Source: an uncultured delta proteobacterium (GTDB lineage: Bacteria; Myxococcota; Kuafuiibacteriia; Kuafuiibacteriales; Kuafuiibacteriaceae). From it: a stretch of DNA of 64,000 nucleotides. This document shows, piece after piece, positions 17,881-28,200 of the stretch. The stretch's first letter is position 1. Each line of letters starts with the position of its first letter. Position numbers and translations under genes: made by a program. The notes below the pieces were generated by a model. That model was not told where the DNA came from and searched no databases. It saw nothing but the letters and a program-made list of their open reading frames with translations. The DNA is taken from the NCBI GenBank assembly GCA_963803435.1, contig CAWDML010000009.1, forward strand, positions 588,954 through 652,953, read 5' to 3'.

Positions 17881-19530
17881 GTGCAGCTCTACACCAAGAT
17901 CCTGATCGGAATGGGCGCCGGGGTGGTCCTCGGGCTGCTCTTCGGTCCCAACTCCAACATCCTGCCGCAGACGGGCGTCGAGCTGGGCCCCGACGCCGCC
18001 GTCCTGGATCAGCCGGACGGGCGCGCCGTGCCGCAGGCGGTCGGGCTCTCGCGGGCGTCGGTGATCGAGGCCCACGACGACTGGATGCAGATCGAGTGGA
18101 CGCTCTCTCCCGCGGACGTCCTCCGGCTCAAGACCAAGGGGGTCGAGGCCAAGACGCACGTCCCGCTCGAGGGCTGGGTGAAGGAAGGCCCGAGCGTCCG
18201 CCGCTTCGCGCCGCTCGGCGAGACGCTGATCGACTCCACCGACTGGATCGGCCGCCTCTTCCTGGCGCTCATCAAGATGGTGGTCGTGCCGCTGGTGTTC
18301 TTCTCGCTGGTGGTGGGCGTGGCGTCGCTCGGCGATCTGCGCGCGCTCGGGCGGCTGGGCGGCCGCACGCTGGTCTACTTCATGGGCACGACCGTCGCTT
18401 CGCTGATCATCGGGGTCACGCTGGCGAACCTGATCGAGCCGGGCCGGCTCCTGTCGGAGGGCGATCGGGCGACGCTCCTCGCCAGCTACGGCGGTGACGC
18501 CGGATCGGCGGTGGCGCGGGCCGCGTCGGCGCCCTCGACGATCGACACGCTGGTCGGCATCGTCCCCGCCAACCCGATCGGCGCGCTCGCCTCGGGCGAC
18601 ATGCTCCAGATCATCTTCTTCGCGCTGATGCTCGGCATCGCGCTCACCATGCTCCAGGCCGATCGCGCCAAGCTGGTGGTCGACGTGTTCGCGCGTCTCA
18701 ACGACGCGATGGTGATGCTGGTCCACGTGGCGATGCTGCTCGCGCCCTACGGCGTCGCTGCGCTCCTGTTCAAGGTGGTCGGCTCGACGGGCTGGTCCGT
18801 TCTCCTGGCGCTGCTCGTCTACGGCCTGGTGGTGCTCGGCGGTCTCGCAATCCACTTCGTCTTCGTCTACGGCTCGGTGGTGCGCTTCGGCGCGCGGCTT
18901 CCGGTCTTGAAGTTCGTGGGCGCGGTGAAGGAGGCGCTCCTGGTCGCGTTTTCCACCTCGTCGTCCTCCGCGACGCTCCCGGTGACGATGGAGGCCTGCG
19001 AGGACAACCTCAACGTGTCGCCCAAGGTGGCCAGCTTCGTGCTCCCGCTGGGCGCGACGGTGAACATGGACGGGACGGCGCTCTACCAGGGGGTGGCGGC
19101 GGTCTTCATCGCGCAGATCTACGGCATGCACCTCTCGATGCTCGACCAGGCCACGATCGTCGTCTCCGCGACGCTCGCCTCGGTCGGCGCCGCCGGTGTC
19201 CCCGGGGCGGGCATCATCACCATCGCCACCGTCCTGACCGCGGTCGGCGTCCCCACGGAGGGCCTGGCGCTGATCCTGGGGGTCGACCGCCTGCTCGACA
19301 TGTTCCGGACCGCCACCAACGTCATGGGCGACGCCACCGCATCGGCGTTCATGGCGCGGCTCGAGGGTGACAATCTCCGGATCATGACGGACGCGCAGGA
19401 TCGTGCGGATCCCCACCGGGGCTTCGAGCGACGGCTGGAGAGCGGGACGCACCCCGTCACGGTGGAGGCTACGTCCGCTGGCTCCTCGGAAGCTCGATCA
19501 CGAACGAGCACCCCTCACCCGGACGATTGA
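17881..19530 (+). CDS. dicarboxylate/amino acid:cation symporter (DAACS/SLC1-like) with an about 110-aa inserted loop
   Basis: GTG start. Typical DAACS TM pattern (LFLALIKMVVVPLVFFSLVVGVASLGDL, SSSSATLPV, NMDGTAL, GVPGAGIITIA). The tail overlaps the convergent kinase gene. Confidence 0.8.
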   Translation: MQLYTKILIGMGAGVVLGLLFGPNSNILPQTGVELGPDAAVLDQPDGRAVPQAVGLSRASVIEAHDDWMQIEWTLSPADVLRLKTKGVEAKTHVPLEGWVKEGPSVRRFAPLGETLIDSTDWIGRLFLALIKMVVVPLVFFSLVVGVASLGDLRALGRLGGRTLVYFMGTTVASLIIGVTLANLIEPGRLLSEGDRATLLASYGGDAGSAVARAASAPSTIDTLVGIVPANPIGALASGDMLQIIFFALMLGIALTMLQADRAKLVVDVFARLNDAMVMLVHVAMLLAPYGVAALLFKVVGSTGWSVLLALLVYGLVVLGGLAIHFVFVYGSVVRFGARLPVLKFVGAVKEALLVAFSTSSSSATLPVTMEACEDNLNVSPKVASFVLPLGATVNMDGTALYQGVAAVFIAQIYGMHLSMLDQATIVVSATLASVGAAGVPGAGIITIATVLTAVGVPTEGLALILGVDRLLDMFRTATNVMGDATASAFMARLEGDNLRIMTDAQDRADPHRGFERRLESGTHPVTVEATSAGSSEARSRTSTPHPDD

Positions 19531-20530
19531 CCACGCGGATTGCACCGCCGTGCGCCTCGACCGCCTGCTTCACGATCATCAGCCCGAGCCCAAAGCCGCT
19601 CCGATCGTCGCCGACCTGCACGAACGGCTGGAACAGCCGCGAGGGCAGATCCTCGGGGAGGCCACCGCACTGATCCTCGACCTCGAAGAGGATGTGGTCC
19701 TCCCGATCGAGCGCCCGGATCCAGAGCCGCCCGCCCGCGTGGGTGAACTTCACCGCGTTCGTGATGAGGTTGGTGAGCGCCGAGAGCATGAGCTTCGGGT
19801 CGACCTCGACCTGCAGCGGCTCGACCTCGACCTCGATGGCCAGATTGCGGCGGTCGGCGGCCATCCGCACATCCTCGATCGCGGCCTCGATCAGCTGCGC
19901 GACGTCGATCGTCTGCGCGTGAAGCTGCGGCTGTCCCTGGAGACGGGCCTCGACCAGCGAGTTGTCGACCAGCGACGAGAGCTGAGCGAGCGCGCGATCG
20001 ACCCGCGCCATGTAGGGTGACGGGGCCGCGCCCTGCTGCGACATCAACGCCAGCCCCAGCCGCGCCGTGTGCAGTGGGGTGCGGATCTCGTGGGCCACGA
20101 AGGAGAAGTGGCGCGCCGTCTCCTCGGCGATCTGGCGGTCCCGCTTCTTGGCGTACTCGGTGACCGAGTCCGAGGTGCCGCGCCCGATCAACCGCACCAG
20201 CTCCTTGGCCTCGCGCATCGAGACCCGCAGCTTCTCGGCCTCCGCCATCTCGAGCACCGTCTCTCCGACCAGCGAGAACTCCTGTGCCAGCCCGCCGATG
20301 TCGAGACCGATCTCGACCCGATGCCGGCCATGGGATCGCGCGCTCGCGCTCTTCGGCCACTCCTCTGGCGGCGTCTCGAGGCACTCGGCCAGCTCGTCGA
20401 GGAAGCCGGGCAGGTCGTTGATCAGCTGGGGGCGGACATCCGCGTCGAGCGCGAGGCGCTCGGCGACGTTTCGCACCCAGCGACCCATGATCGCGTCTCG
20501 ATTTGCGCGAATGAACTCTCCCAACGACAC
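19469..20530 (-). CDS. cytoplasmic sensor histidine kinase (HisKA + HATPase_c), no TM
   Basis: H-box FVAHEIRTPLHTA, N-box LTNLITNAVKFT, and G-boxes (GGLPEDLPSRLFQPF, GFGLGL). Confidence 0.8.
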   Translation of the reverse strand: MSLGEFIRANRDAIMGRWVRNVAERLALDADVRPQLINDLPGFLDELAECLETPPEEWPKSASARSHGRHRVEIGLDIGGLAQEFSLVGETVLEMAEAEKLRVSMREAKELVRLIGRGTSDSVTEYAKKRDRQIAEETARHFSFVAHEIRTPLHTARLGLALMSQQGAAPSPYMARVDRALAQLSSLVDNSLVEARLQGQPQLHAQTIDVAQLIEAAIEDVRMAADRRNLAIEVEVEPLQVEVDPKLMLSALTNLITNAVKFTHAGGRLWIRALDREDHILFEVEDQCGGLPEDLPSRLFQPFVQVGDDRSGFGLGLMIVKQAVEAHGGAIRVVNRPGEGCSFVIELPRSQRT

Positions 20531-20637
20531 GGGCGGGACGAACGCACACGGCGTGCCGCTCGTTCGCGGCGCGTTCGCCCGCGCGCCGATCGGTGGCCGG
20601 TGCGTGCTGCCTCAGTGCTGTGCGGGCAGGCCTCACC

Positions 20638-21996
20638 TCACTCGAAGCTGAGCCCGCCCTCGACCGCCGCCGACGCCAGCGACAGCTCGCCCGTCTCCTG
20701 TTCCACCAGACTGAGCAGCCCGGCCCCGGCGGCGCCGAATCGCTCCTGGATCCTGCGGATCGCACGGCGTGCGCTCTCCTTCACGGCGCGGTGGGTGAAC
20801 AGCCCGCCGGCACAGTCGGTGAGATGCTCGATCGAGGAGAGCGTACCGACCAGACCGAGCGTGTAGGCCGACGCCAGCCGCACCCGCAGGTTGGGATGGT
20901 GGAGCAGCTCGATGAGGTCGCTCTCCACCGAGGCGTCGCCGATCGCACCCAGCGCGGCGACGGCGTCCACGAGCAGGTCGTTGCTCGGCCGCGGATCGCG
21001 CAGCATTTCGAGCACCTCGGGGAGCAGCTCGCGACGCTCCGAGGCCGCGATCGCACGAAGGGCGGCGCTCACCACGCTGGTGAACGGCGAGCTGAGGAGC
21101 CGCGAGAGCGTGTCCTCGACGACGGCGCCCCGATAGCGCATGGCCAGCTGCCGGATCGCGTACAGCTTCAGCGCCACGCTGACGCTCGGCTCGTCGATCG
21201 CACCGACGATCTGCGGCAGGCCGTCGACCCCGCGTCCCAGCGCCGCCGCCAGACGCACGACCGGGTCGGGATCGGCGCTGGCGATGGGGAGCGCGGTGCG
21301 TGCCTCGGGGGAGTCGGGGAAGTATTCGAACAGTAGCTGGAAGCTCTTGCGCCGGATGCCGTCCACGGGGTCCGCGAGGTTCCGGTCCAGCGCCCGCGGA
21401 ATGGCCGCGTCCTCGATCATGAGCGCTTCGGCGAGATCGCAGAGCATGTGGAGCACCCCGATCAGACGGCGCTCGCTCGCGATGTGGCCGAGCTCGCGAT
21501 GCGTGATGCGCCCATAGCCGACCGCAGCCCCGTGCATGCCGACCGCGAGCCTGACCAGCTCGCGCGTCTTCTGATCCAGGACGGCGGCGAGCCGCACCTC
21601 GTTGCCCTGTACCACCGTGAGGGTGTCGAGGGCCGCGTCGCCGGTGGACAGCCCGCTCCGCTCGCGCTCCTCGAGCATCCAGCCGGTCCGAAAGCGTCGC
21701 CGCATGCGGAACGTCATCGGGATGTTCTTCGGATCCTCGAGATGAAAGCGCGTCACCTCGGAGAGCCCGCTGCTCGTGCCCATCTGGGCCGTCTCGACGC
21801 GGATGTTGACCGACCCGATCGATCCGTACATCCGCAGGTCTGGGCCCACCTCGAGGACGAGACCGAGACGTTGCGCGGTGTGGCGCCAGGCATCCACCAG
21901 CTGGCTGCGGCGGCGGGCCTTGCGAAGCTGGACGGCGCGGCGGACGCCGGCTCCGACGAAGGCGATGGATCCGACCATCAAGAGCTCGCCGAGCAC
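20638..21996 (-). CDS. HEAT/PBS-lyase-type repeat protein
   Basis: Repeated helical-hairpin motifs (DPDPVVRLAAALGRG, HPNLRVRLASAYTLGLVG). Same strand as, and upstream of, the kinase. Confidence 0.6.
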   Translation of the reverse strand: MLGELLMVGSIAFVGAGVRRAVQLRKARRRSQLVDAWRHTAQRLGLVLEVGPDLRMYGSIGSVNIRVETAQMGTSSGLSEVTRFHLEDPKNIPMTFRMRRRFRTGWMLEERERSGLSTGDAALDTLTVVQGNEVRLAAVLDQKTRELVRLAVGMHGAAVGYGRITHRELGHIASERRLIGVLHMLCDLAEALMIEDAAIPRALDRNLADPVDGIRRKSFQLLFEYFPDSPEARTALPIASADPDPVVRLAAALGRGVDGLPQIVGAIDEPSVSVALKLYAIRQLAMRYRGAVVEDTLSRLLSSPFTSVVSAALRAIAASERRELLPEVLEMLRDPRPSNDLLVDAVAALGAIGDASVESDLIELLHHPNLRVRLASAYTLGLVGTLSSIEHLTDCAGGLFTHRAVKESARRAIRRIQERFGAAGAGLLSLVEQETGELSLASAAVEGGLSFE

Positions 21997-22014
21997 CGAG
22001 ACGATCGTATCACT

Positions 22015-23253
22015 TCACAGGTGCGGCCCGTCGAGCGCCGCGCTCAGGCCATACGCCGTGCCACCGATCACCAGGCCGGCGATCAAGCTGATCCATGGGG
22101 CCGAATCCTCCTCGAAGAGGGATCCGACGGTGAACGTGGCCCCGGCGCCGATGAGGCTGTATCCGAATGGACCCAAGAGGAGCCCCCGGGGGTTGACGTC
22201 TTCTGGCGCGGTGTCGTCCGCGTGGCGGGCGCCGAGAGTGGTGAATGCGGAGCCGCCCGAACAGTCGCCGCCCGGCTCGTCGAAGCAGGCCGTCACCAGA
22301 TCGCGGTCCTGCGTCGCGACGGCGGCGACCAGCACGCCGGCGCCGATCACCGACAGCGCGATGCCGCTCCAGAAGACGATCCGGTCTGCGATGCGGGATG
22401 GGTTGTTCTCGAGCGCTCGAAGATCGACGCTCACCGGCGCGGTCTGCCCGCGCTCCACCAGCACGCTCACGGTGAACGGTGCGTGCTTGGGATCGGTCAG
22501 CTCGATCACGTGCGTCCCAGGGCGGACCCGTCGGACCGCGATCGGCTCGTCCTGCGTGACGCCGACCGTGGTGCCGTCGATGGAAATGCCGGCGCCTTCG
22601 ACGTCGCAGGTAATCTCGAGGGCGCCGTAGGGCTCGTAGTACCCGGCCTCCTCGAGCGGAGGTCGCAGCGTCTTCGTGAAGAGATCGTTCATGAAGCCCC
22701 GGGCCAGGGCCGCGGTGGGGATCTCCTTGCGCCGGACCTCGGCGAGAACCGCGGACGCGGCGACGCGGGCCTCCAGATCGTCCTCCCAGCCATCCCTGCG
22801 TCGATCGGCCGCGTGAAAGAGGGCCAGCGCCTGATCCGTGTCGACCAGCAGCGCGGACATCCGGTCCGGCTGTCCCTCGCGAGTGACGTTCGTGAGGACC
22901 AGCAGATATCTCGAGTAGACGACGCCGTCGCGCCGCAGGCGATCGACATGCTCGCGAAATGGAGCGAGCTCGCCGCTGTCCGTCATCAGCGCCTCGCGCC
23001 GATAGTCGGGCCGTGCCTTGAGCGACAGGCAGACGAGCCGGCCCCGGCACTCGTCCATCAGGGAGGCGTCGAGCAGCACCGGGCGCAGATTCGTGTGCGC
23101 GGCGAAGAGCTCGTCGAGGATGCGGATGATCTCGGAGCTGTTGACGGCCGCAATCTCGCCGGTCGGCGTGCTCAGCAGGAACGAGAGCGGCTGCGGCTCC
23201 TCGAGGTGAACCTCGGGCGTCGCCGTCAGGAGCGCCAGGCCGAGGAGGAGCAC
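22015..23253 (-). CDS. secreted/membrane protein with a PEGA-like beta-sandwich domain and a C-terminal TM region
   Basis: GTG start. Signal-like MLLLGLALLTA. The segment ITCDVEGAGISIDGTTVGVT...PGTHVIELTDP is PEGA-like. Hydrophobic C-terminal helices. Confidence 0.5.
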   Translation of the reverse strand: MLLLGLALLTATPEVHLEEPQPLSFLLSTPTGEIAAVNSSEIIRILDELFAAHTNLRPVLLDASLMDECRGRLVCLSLKARPDYRREALMTDSGELAPFREHVDRLRRDGVVYSRYLLVLTNVTREGQPDRMSALLVDTDQALALFHAADRRRDGWEDDLEARVAASAVLAEVRRKEIPTAALARGFMNDLFTKTLRPPLEEAGYYEPYGALEITCDVEGAGISIDGTTVGVTQDEPIAVRRVRPGTHVIELTDPKHAPFTVSVLVERGQTAPVSVDLRALENNPSRIADRIVFWSGIALSVIGAGVLVAAVATQDRDLVTACFDEPGGDCSGGSAFTTLGARHADDTAPEDVNPRGLLLGPFGYSLIGAGATFTVGSLFEEDSAPWISLIAGLVIGGTAYGLSAALDGPHL

Positions 23254-23300
23254 GCGAAGATGGTAGCCTCAGATCGGCAGCACGGCCATGATGACCGGGC

Positions 23301-24398
23301 GTGGTGGAGTGCGACGTCGCCGTCATCGGAGGGGGCCCCGCAGGTGCAGCGGCCGCCACCGTCCTCGCGGGACACGGACATCGCGTGCACGTCCTCGAAC
23401 GCGCCCGGCTGCCTCGCGCGCACGTCGGTGAGTCGCTCCCCCCGAAGGTGGCGCCTCTTCTCGCGATCCTGGGAGTCGCCGAGCGCATCGACGCGGCCGG
23501 ATTCGAGCGGATGCGCGGGACCACGATCGCGCGGGGGAACGGGATCGACAGCCACGACTTCCACCCCGGCGGTGCGCTGCGAGGGTATCAGGTCGATCGG
23601 GCTCGGTTCGATCGGATCCTGATCGAACGGGCGCGAGAGGTCGGCGCGACGGTCCTGGAGGAGGCGGCCTTCACCGGGGTGCTGCGCGAGGGCTCACGCG
23701 TGGTCGGTGTCTGCTTCTCGCACGGCGGGGGTGCGGAGGAGCTCCGCGCCCGCTTCGTGGTCGACGCCTCCGGGACCCCGGCGGTGGTCTCGCGCGCGCT
23801 CGGGATGAAGCGCCGCGATGCGATCCGCACGGTCGCCCTGTCGGCGTACTGGGAAGGGACGCGGGCACCGGTGACGTTTCCGGCGACCAACACGCTCTTC
23901 GAGATGGTGGAGGACGGCTGGGTGTGGTCGCTCCTGCGCGCGGACGGGCTCCGAAACGTCACGCTCGGGCTCGATCCTGCAACCCTCCAGACCGCCGGGG
24001 TCTCGAAGCGAGAGGTCTATCTCGAGCGGGTGCGCGACGGGTTGCTGGTGGCGCCGCTGCTCGAGGGGGCGCGCCTCACCGGGACGGTCGAGATCGCCGA
24101 CGCCACCTGGTCATCGGCCGAGCGCTACGCGGGGGATGGCTTTCTGTTCGCCGGGGACGCGGCCTCCACCATCGACCCGCTCACGTCGCAGGGCGTCTAC
24201 AAGGCGCTCCAGTCCGGCATCGTGGGAGCGGCTGCGATCAACACCTGCTTGTCGCGCCCGGAGGACGCCGCCCTGGCGCTCGTCTACTACCAGGCGTCTC
24301 AGGAGGAGTTCCAGCGCAACTACGCCGAGATCGCGCTCGACCTTCTATCGCGCTTCACCGTTTCAGGAGGCGCCCTTTTGGAGGACGCGCATGCGCTC
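23301..24398 (+). CDS. FAD-dependent oxidoreductase, flavin-dependent (tryptophan-type) halogenase-like; the 3' end is undefined and the reading continues without a stop
   Basis: GTG start. Dinucleotide fold DVAVIGGGPAGAAAA..VHVLER. GESLPPK (halogenase GESL/Lys context), a GWVWSLL (WxW) segment, and FAGDAAS. After about residue 365 the in-frame reading becomes G/P/R-rich with no stop until 24788. Confidence 0.65.
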
Positions 24399-24853
24399 GG
24401 AGGCCCTGGCGGAGGCCGGCATCGACGCGGACCGCATCAAGGAGGAGCTCGACCGCCGCCTGGCCTTCTACGAGCGCCTCGGTCGCTCCGGCGGGTCGGG
24501 CCTGACGGCGGCGCGGCGGGCAGATTCTGTCCTGCGAGCTGCGGCCCGCCGCCGAGGGCGGGTTCATCGTCAAAAAGCCAATGCTCTCCGACGGAACGGC
24601 GCGCCCGGTCGACAGCGGGCGCCTCGACGCTCCGCTGCTCCTCGAGCTCCTCGACGGCCGCACGCTCTCCGAGGTGTTCGAGGCGTACGTCGCGCGGACC
24701 GGCGAGGAGCGCTCGTCCCGCCTCGGCCGCTCGCTTCTCACGACGGTGGCCCAGCTCGCGGCTCGGGATTCTGATCGAGGTGGTCTAGGCTGGTGTGCGC
24801 ATGCGCTGCGCGGGCGGCACCTGACGGACCTACCGGCAGGTCCGCTAGAGTGA
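24391..24853 (+). CDS. PqqD-family peptide-binding (RiPP recognition element) protein or domain; +1 frameshift near 24518. May be the C-terminal domain of the upstream FAD enzyme
   Basis: ATG 24391 is preceded by AGGAGG and GGAGGA. It reads MRSEALAEAGIDADRIKEELDRRLAFYERLGRSGGSGLTAARR and then, in the next frame, QILSCELRPAAEGGFIVKKPMLSDGTARPVDSGRLDAPLLLELLDGRTLSEVFEAYVARTGEE...RLGRSLLTTVAQLAA. Compare K. pneumoniae PqqD: ...[34 protein letters not shown]. Confidence 0.55.
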
Positions 24854-24860
24854 TTCTACC

Positions 24861-25265
24861 GTGACCGAGGATGCTTACGAGCTCACCACCGAGGATCTGA
24901 TCGAGACGTTCGACACCGACTCGATCGCGCCGCCGTCTGTGCAAGTTGGCTTGCCGACGCCGCGGACTCGCTCGAACGTCTCGGTGACCGGAGCGACGCC
25001 GCCTCCAGCGCCGACCGCCGACCGACCTCGGTTCGTGCCCTCGGCGCTCTCTCGGCCGATCAAGGAGCGGACGCGCAGCCAACGCGAGCTGAAGCTCGAC
25101 GAGGGGCCGACCAGCCTGGTGTCGAAGGCCGCCGCGTTCTTCGAGGAGGCGCTCGAGGCGGAGCGGGAAGGGGACGTAGCTGCTGCGATCCGCCACGTGA
25201 AGCTGGCGATGACGTTCAACCCCGCCGACCCACGGTATGCGGGCTTCCTCAGCAAGCTCCGCTGA
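24861..25265 (+). CDS. hypothetical protein (134 aa): acidic N-terminus, Pro-rich middle, helical C-terminus
   Basis: GTG start 8 nt after the PqqD-like stop. MTEDAYELTTEDLIETFDTD...AAAFFEEALEAEREGDVAAAIRHVKLAMTFNPADPRYAGFLSKLR. Good codon usage. Confidence 0.5.
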   Translation: MTEDAYELTTEDLIETFDTDSIAPPSVQVGLPTPRTRSNVSVTGATPPPAPTADRPRFVPSALSRPIKERTRSQRELKLDEGPTSLVSKAAAFFEEALEAEREGDVAAAIRHVKLAMTFNPADPRYAGFLSKLR

Positions 25266-25268
25266 AGC

Positions 25269-28200
25269 TCACTTCTCAGGCTCGGTGCCGGCGCGGAGCC
25301 CGTGTCCGTTGCTCGCTCCGTCCGACAGCGCGTTGAGCTTCATCAGCTCGATCAGCTCGAGCAGGGGCCTCGTCAAGCTCCGCACCTCTTCCAGGTTCTG
25401 CGCGGAAGAACGAACGAGCGGGAGCAGCGCCGCCTCCAGCTCCTTGGGGGCCTGGTTCTGGACCTCGACCCTGACCTCGGAGGGTGAGCTCAGCTTCGCC
25501 ACCGCCGAGTCGAGCCTCGCCAGATGCTGGTCGAGCCAGGCGTCGCTCCGCTCGGCGCCCATCGCCTCCGCGATCCGCATCTGGATCCGATCGAGGTGCT
25601 CGCCCAGGCTCCCGATCGTCGAGGTGACACGCACGACTGGGTCCTGATCGCCGCCGCCGGTGACCTGCACGCGCCGGAAGTCCTTCTTGATCTGCTCCCA
25701 GCGCTGCGACTCCTCGTCGGTGAGGCGCCCGCGCAGCTCGGCGAGCTTGAGCAGGTTGTGCTCGGCGCCGGTCGTCAGCGTCTGGGCCTCGCTCCGCGTA
25801 GTGATCGTCGATCAGCGCCTCCAGCTCGGCGTCGTTCATCGCCGGCACGACCTTCTCGGCGAGCTTGTTCATGTTGCGGTAGCTGCCCTGGAGCTTGAAC
25901 GGCGGCTCGGTGCGGAAGCGGTCGTCCTGCGACGCCGACGCGATGTACTCGCGGTTCACGGCCAGGAGCACCTCTCGCGCCGCGAACAGCCGCTGAGAGC
26001 ACCGCGACGATCTCCTCGCTCTCGACGCGGAGTAGGCGTGCGCGAAGTCGGTCGTCCGGGACCTCCTCGCCCCTCGCCATGCGGATGAGCTTGTAGGCGT
26101 CGTCGAGCGCGCGCGCGGCGAGCGGCGCGAGCACCGGGTTGGAGGTGAGCGCGTTCTCGACGTAGCAGAGCGCGAAGAGCTCGTCCTTGCCGTGGAGGAT
26201 GTCGCCGAGGTTGTAGGTGTCGGCGCGGTTCGCCAGCATGTCGGGGATCTGGAACTTCTCGCCGGACTCCGTGTACGGATTGCCCGGCCATGACCACGCA
26301 GAACTTCTTGCCGCGCAGGTCGTAGGTCCGCGTCTGGCCCTTCCAGACGCCCTCGATCCGCCGCTGCGCGTCGCACAGCGAGATGAACTTCTGCAGCAGC
26401 TCCGGGTTCGTGTGCTGGATGTCGTCGAGGTAGAGCATCACGTTGTTGCCCATCTCGAACGCGAGGTTGATCTTCTCGACCTCCTGGCGCGCGGTGGCGT
26501 TGGGCGCCTCGGCGGGATCGAGCGAGGTCACCTCGTGGCCGAGCGCCGGGCCGTTGACCTTCATGAAGACGAGCCCGAGCCGGCTGGCCACGTACTCCAT
26601 CAGCGTGGTCTTGCCGTAGCCGGGCGGCGAGACCAGCAGCAGCAGGCCCATCAGGTCGGTGCGCTTGCTCTCGCCGGCCGCGCCGATCTGCTTGGCGAGG
26701 TTGTCGCCGATCAGCGGCAGGTAGACCTCGTTGATCAGCCGGTTGCGCACGAAGGAGGTGAGCACGCGCGGCTTCAGCTCGTCGAGCCGCAGGCGGCGCC
26801 GCTCGCGCTCGACGATCTCGGCGCGCAGCGCGCGAAACGCTCGGAAGGCCGGCACCCGGACCTCGCGAGAACGCGGTCGAGCCGCGCGAGGAACTCGTCG
26901 AGGCGGAGGCGAAGGGTGCGCTCCACGATACGCGGGTGCTGGCCGAGCAGCCCCTCGATCGTGACTGCGGTGACGCGCTGCTCTCGACGCGCGGCAGGCC
27001 CTCCGTCACCAGCAGCACCGCCGCCTCGATCAGCGAGGGCGCCAACGCCTCGATCGCGCCCGAGCCGCCCTCGAGCAGCGCCTCGAGGTAGGCGAGGGCG
27101 ACGGACAGCTTCTCGGGAAGGCTCCGCTCGAGAGCCTCGAGGTCCTCCTCGAACAGCCGGAGCGTGCCCTCCAGCGTGACGTGCTGGAACAGGGCGTCGC
27201 GGAGCTTGACCGCGTCGCGCCCTGGTGAACGAAGGACGGTCCGCGATCAGCTCCTCGACCAGGTACCGCCCGGCCAGGCGTAGCGTGCCGGTCCGGTGCT
27301 CGATCGCGTGCGCCTCCAGGAAGTCCGCGATCGCACCCGAGAGCTCGCCGGCGAGGGTCTCCTCGGCGCGCTGGTGGGCGAAGGATCGCCGCGAGCCGCC
27401 CCAGGCTGCGGGCGCGCCGCTGCCAGAGCGCCTTGCGATCGGCGTCGTCGAGGTACGCCCAGAAGAGGCACGCCCACGCGCGCGGCTCGGGGCGAAGCGA
27501 AGCAGCCCGCGCTGTGGCGCAGCGCCGCCAGCAACTTGTCCAGGATCGCGGCCGCGTCGGCGTCGTGGACGCCGCGCTCGTAGCCCTCGTCGTAGCGGTC
27601 GGCCGCGTACCTTCGAACGGCCTCGAGCAGCTCGCCGCTCTCGAGGCGCGACGAGATCCGAGATCGCGCATCATCGAGGACGCGAGGTACTCGCCGCGGT
27701 AGACCGCGTCCGTCTCGGAGACGAGCTTCTGGTCCCAGAGCGCGCGGCCGGCCTCGAAGCGGGGATCGTCGATCTTCTCGTAGTACTGCGTGCCGGTGAG
27801 GTGCAGGTACATCGCGCCGTCGCGCGGCACCAGCGTGAGCTCGAGCGGCTGCGTGTTGACGTTGAACCGGTGCTGCCCGAGCTTGATGACGCTCTCGCCG
27901 TCGTCGTAGAGGTCCAGCTTGTCGCGCAGGTCCGCGGAGGCGTCCTGCTTGGCCGACTTCAGGCGCGACTCGATCTCGTCGGCCTTCACCGTGTCGCCGA
28001 GCTCGACGAGCTGCCCGACGAGCTCCCGGAGCTTGAGCACCATCGCGTCGGAGGCGAAGTACGCGTTGAGCTCGTCGTCCTCGCCGAAGCTCTTGGCGCG
28101 CCGATTCACGCTCTCCAGGATCCGCTCGGCCGCGGTGGCGATGTTCTGGGCCCGCCGCTGGCGCTCGTCGAGGAGCTGCTGCTTCTTGGCCTCGAAGGCC

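Noticed and set aside
17797-19452. 551-aa minus ORF
   Set aside because: Antisense to the DAACS transporter. Arg/His/Asp-rich.
21448-23622. 724-aa plus ORF
   Set aside because: Antisense to the HEAT-repeat and PEGA-protein genes.
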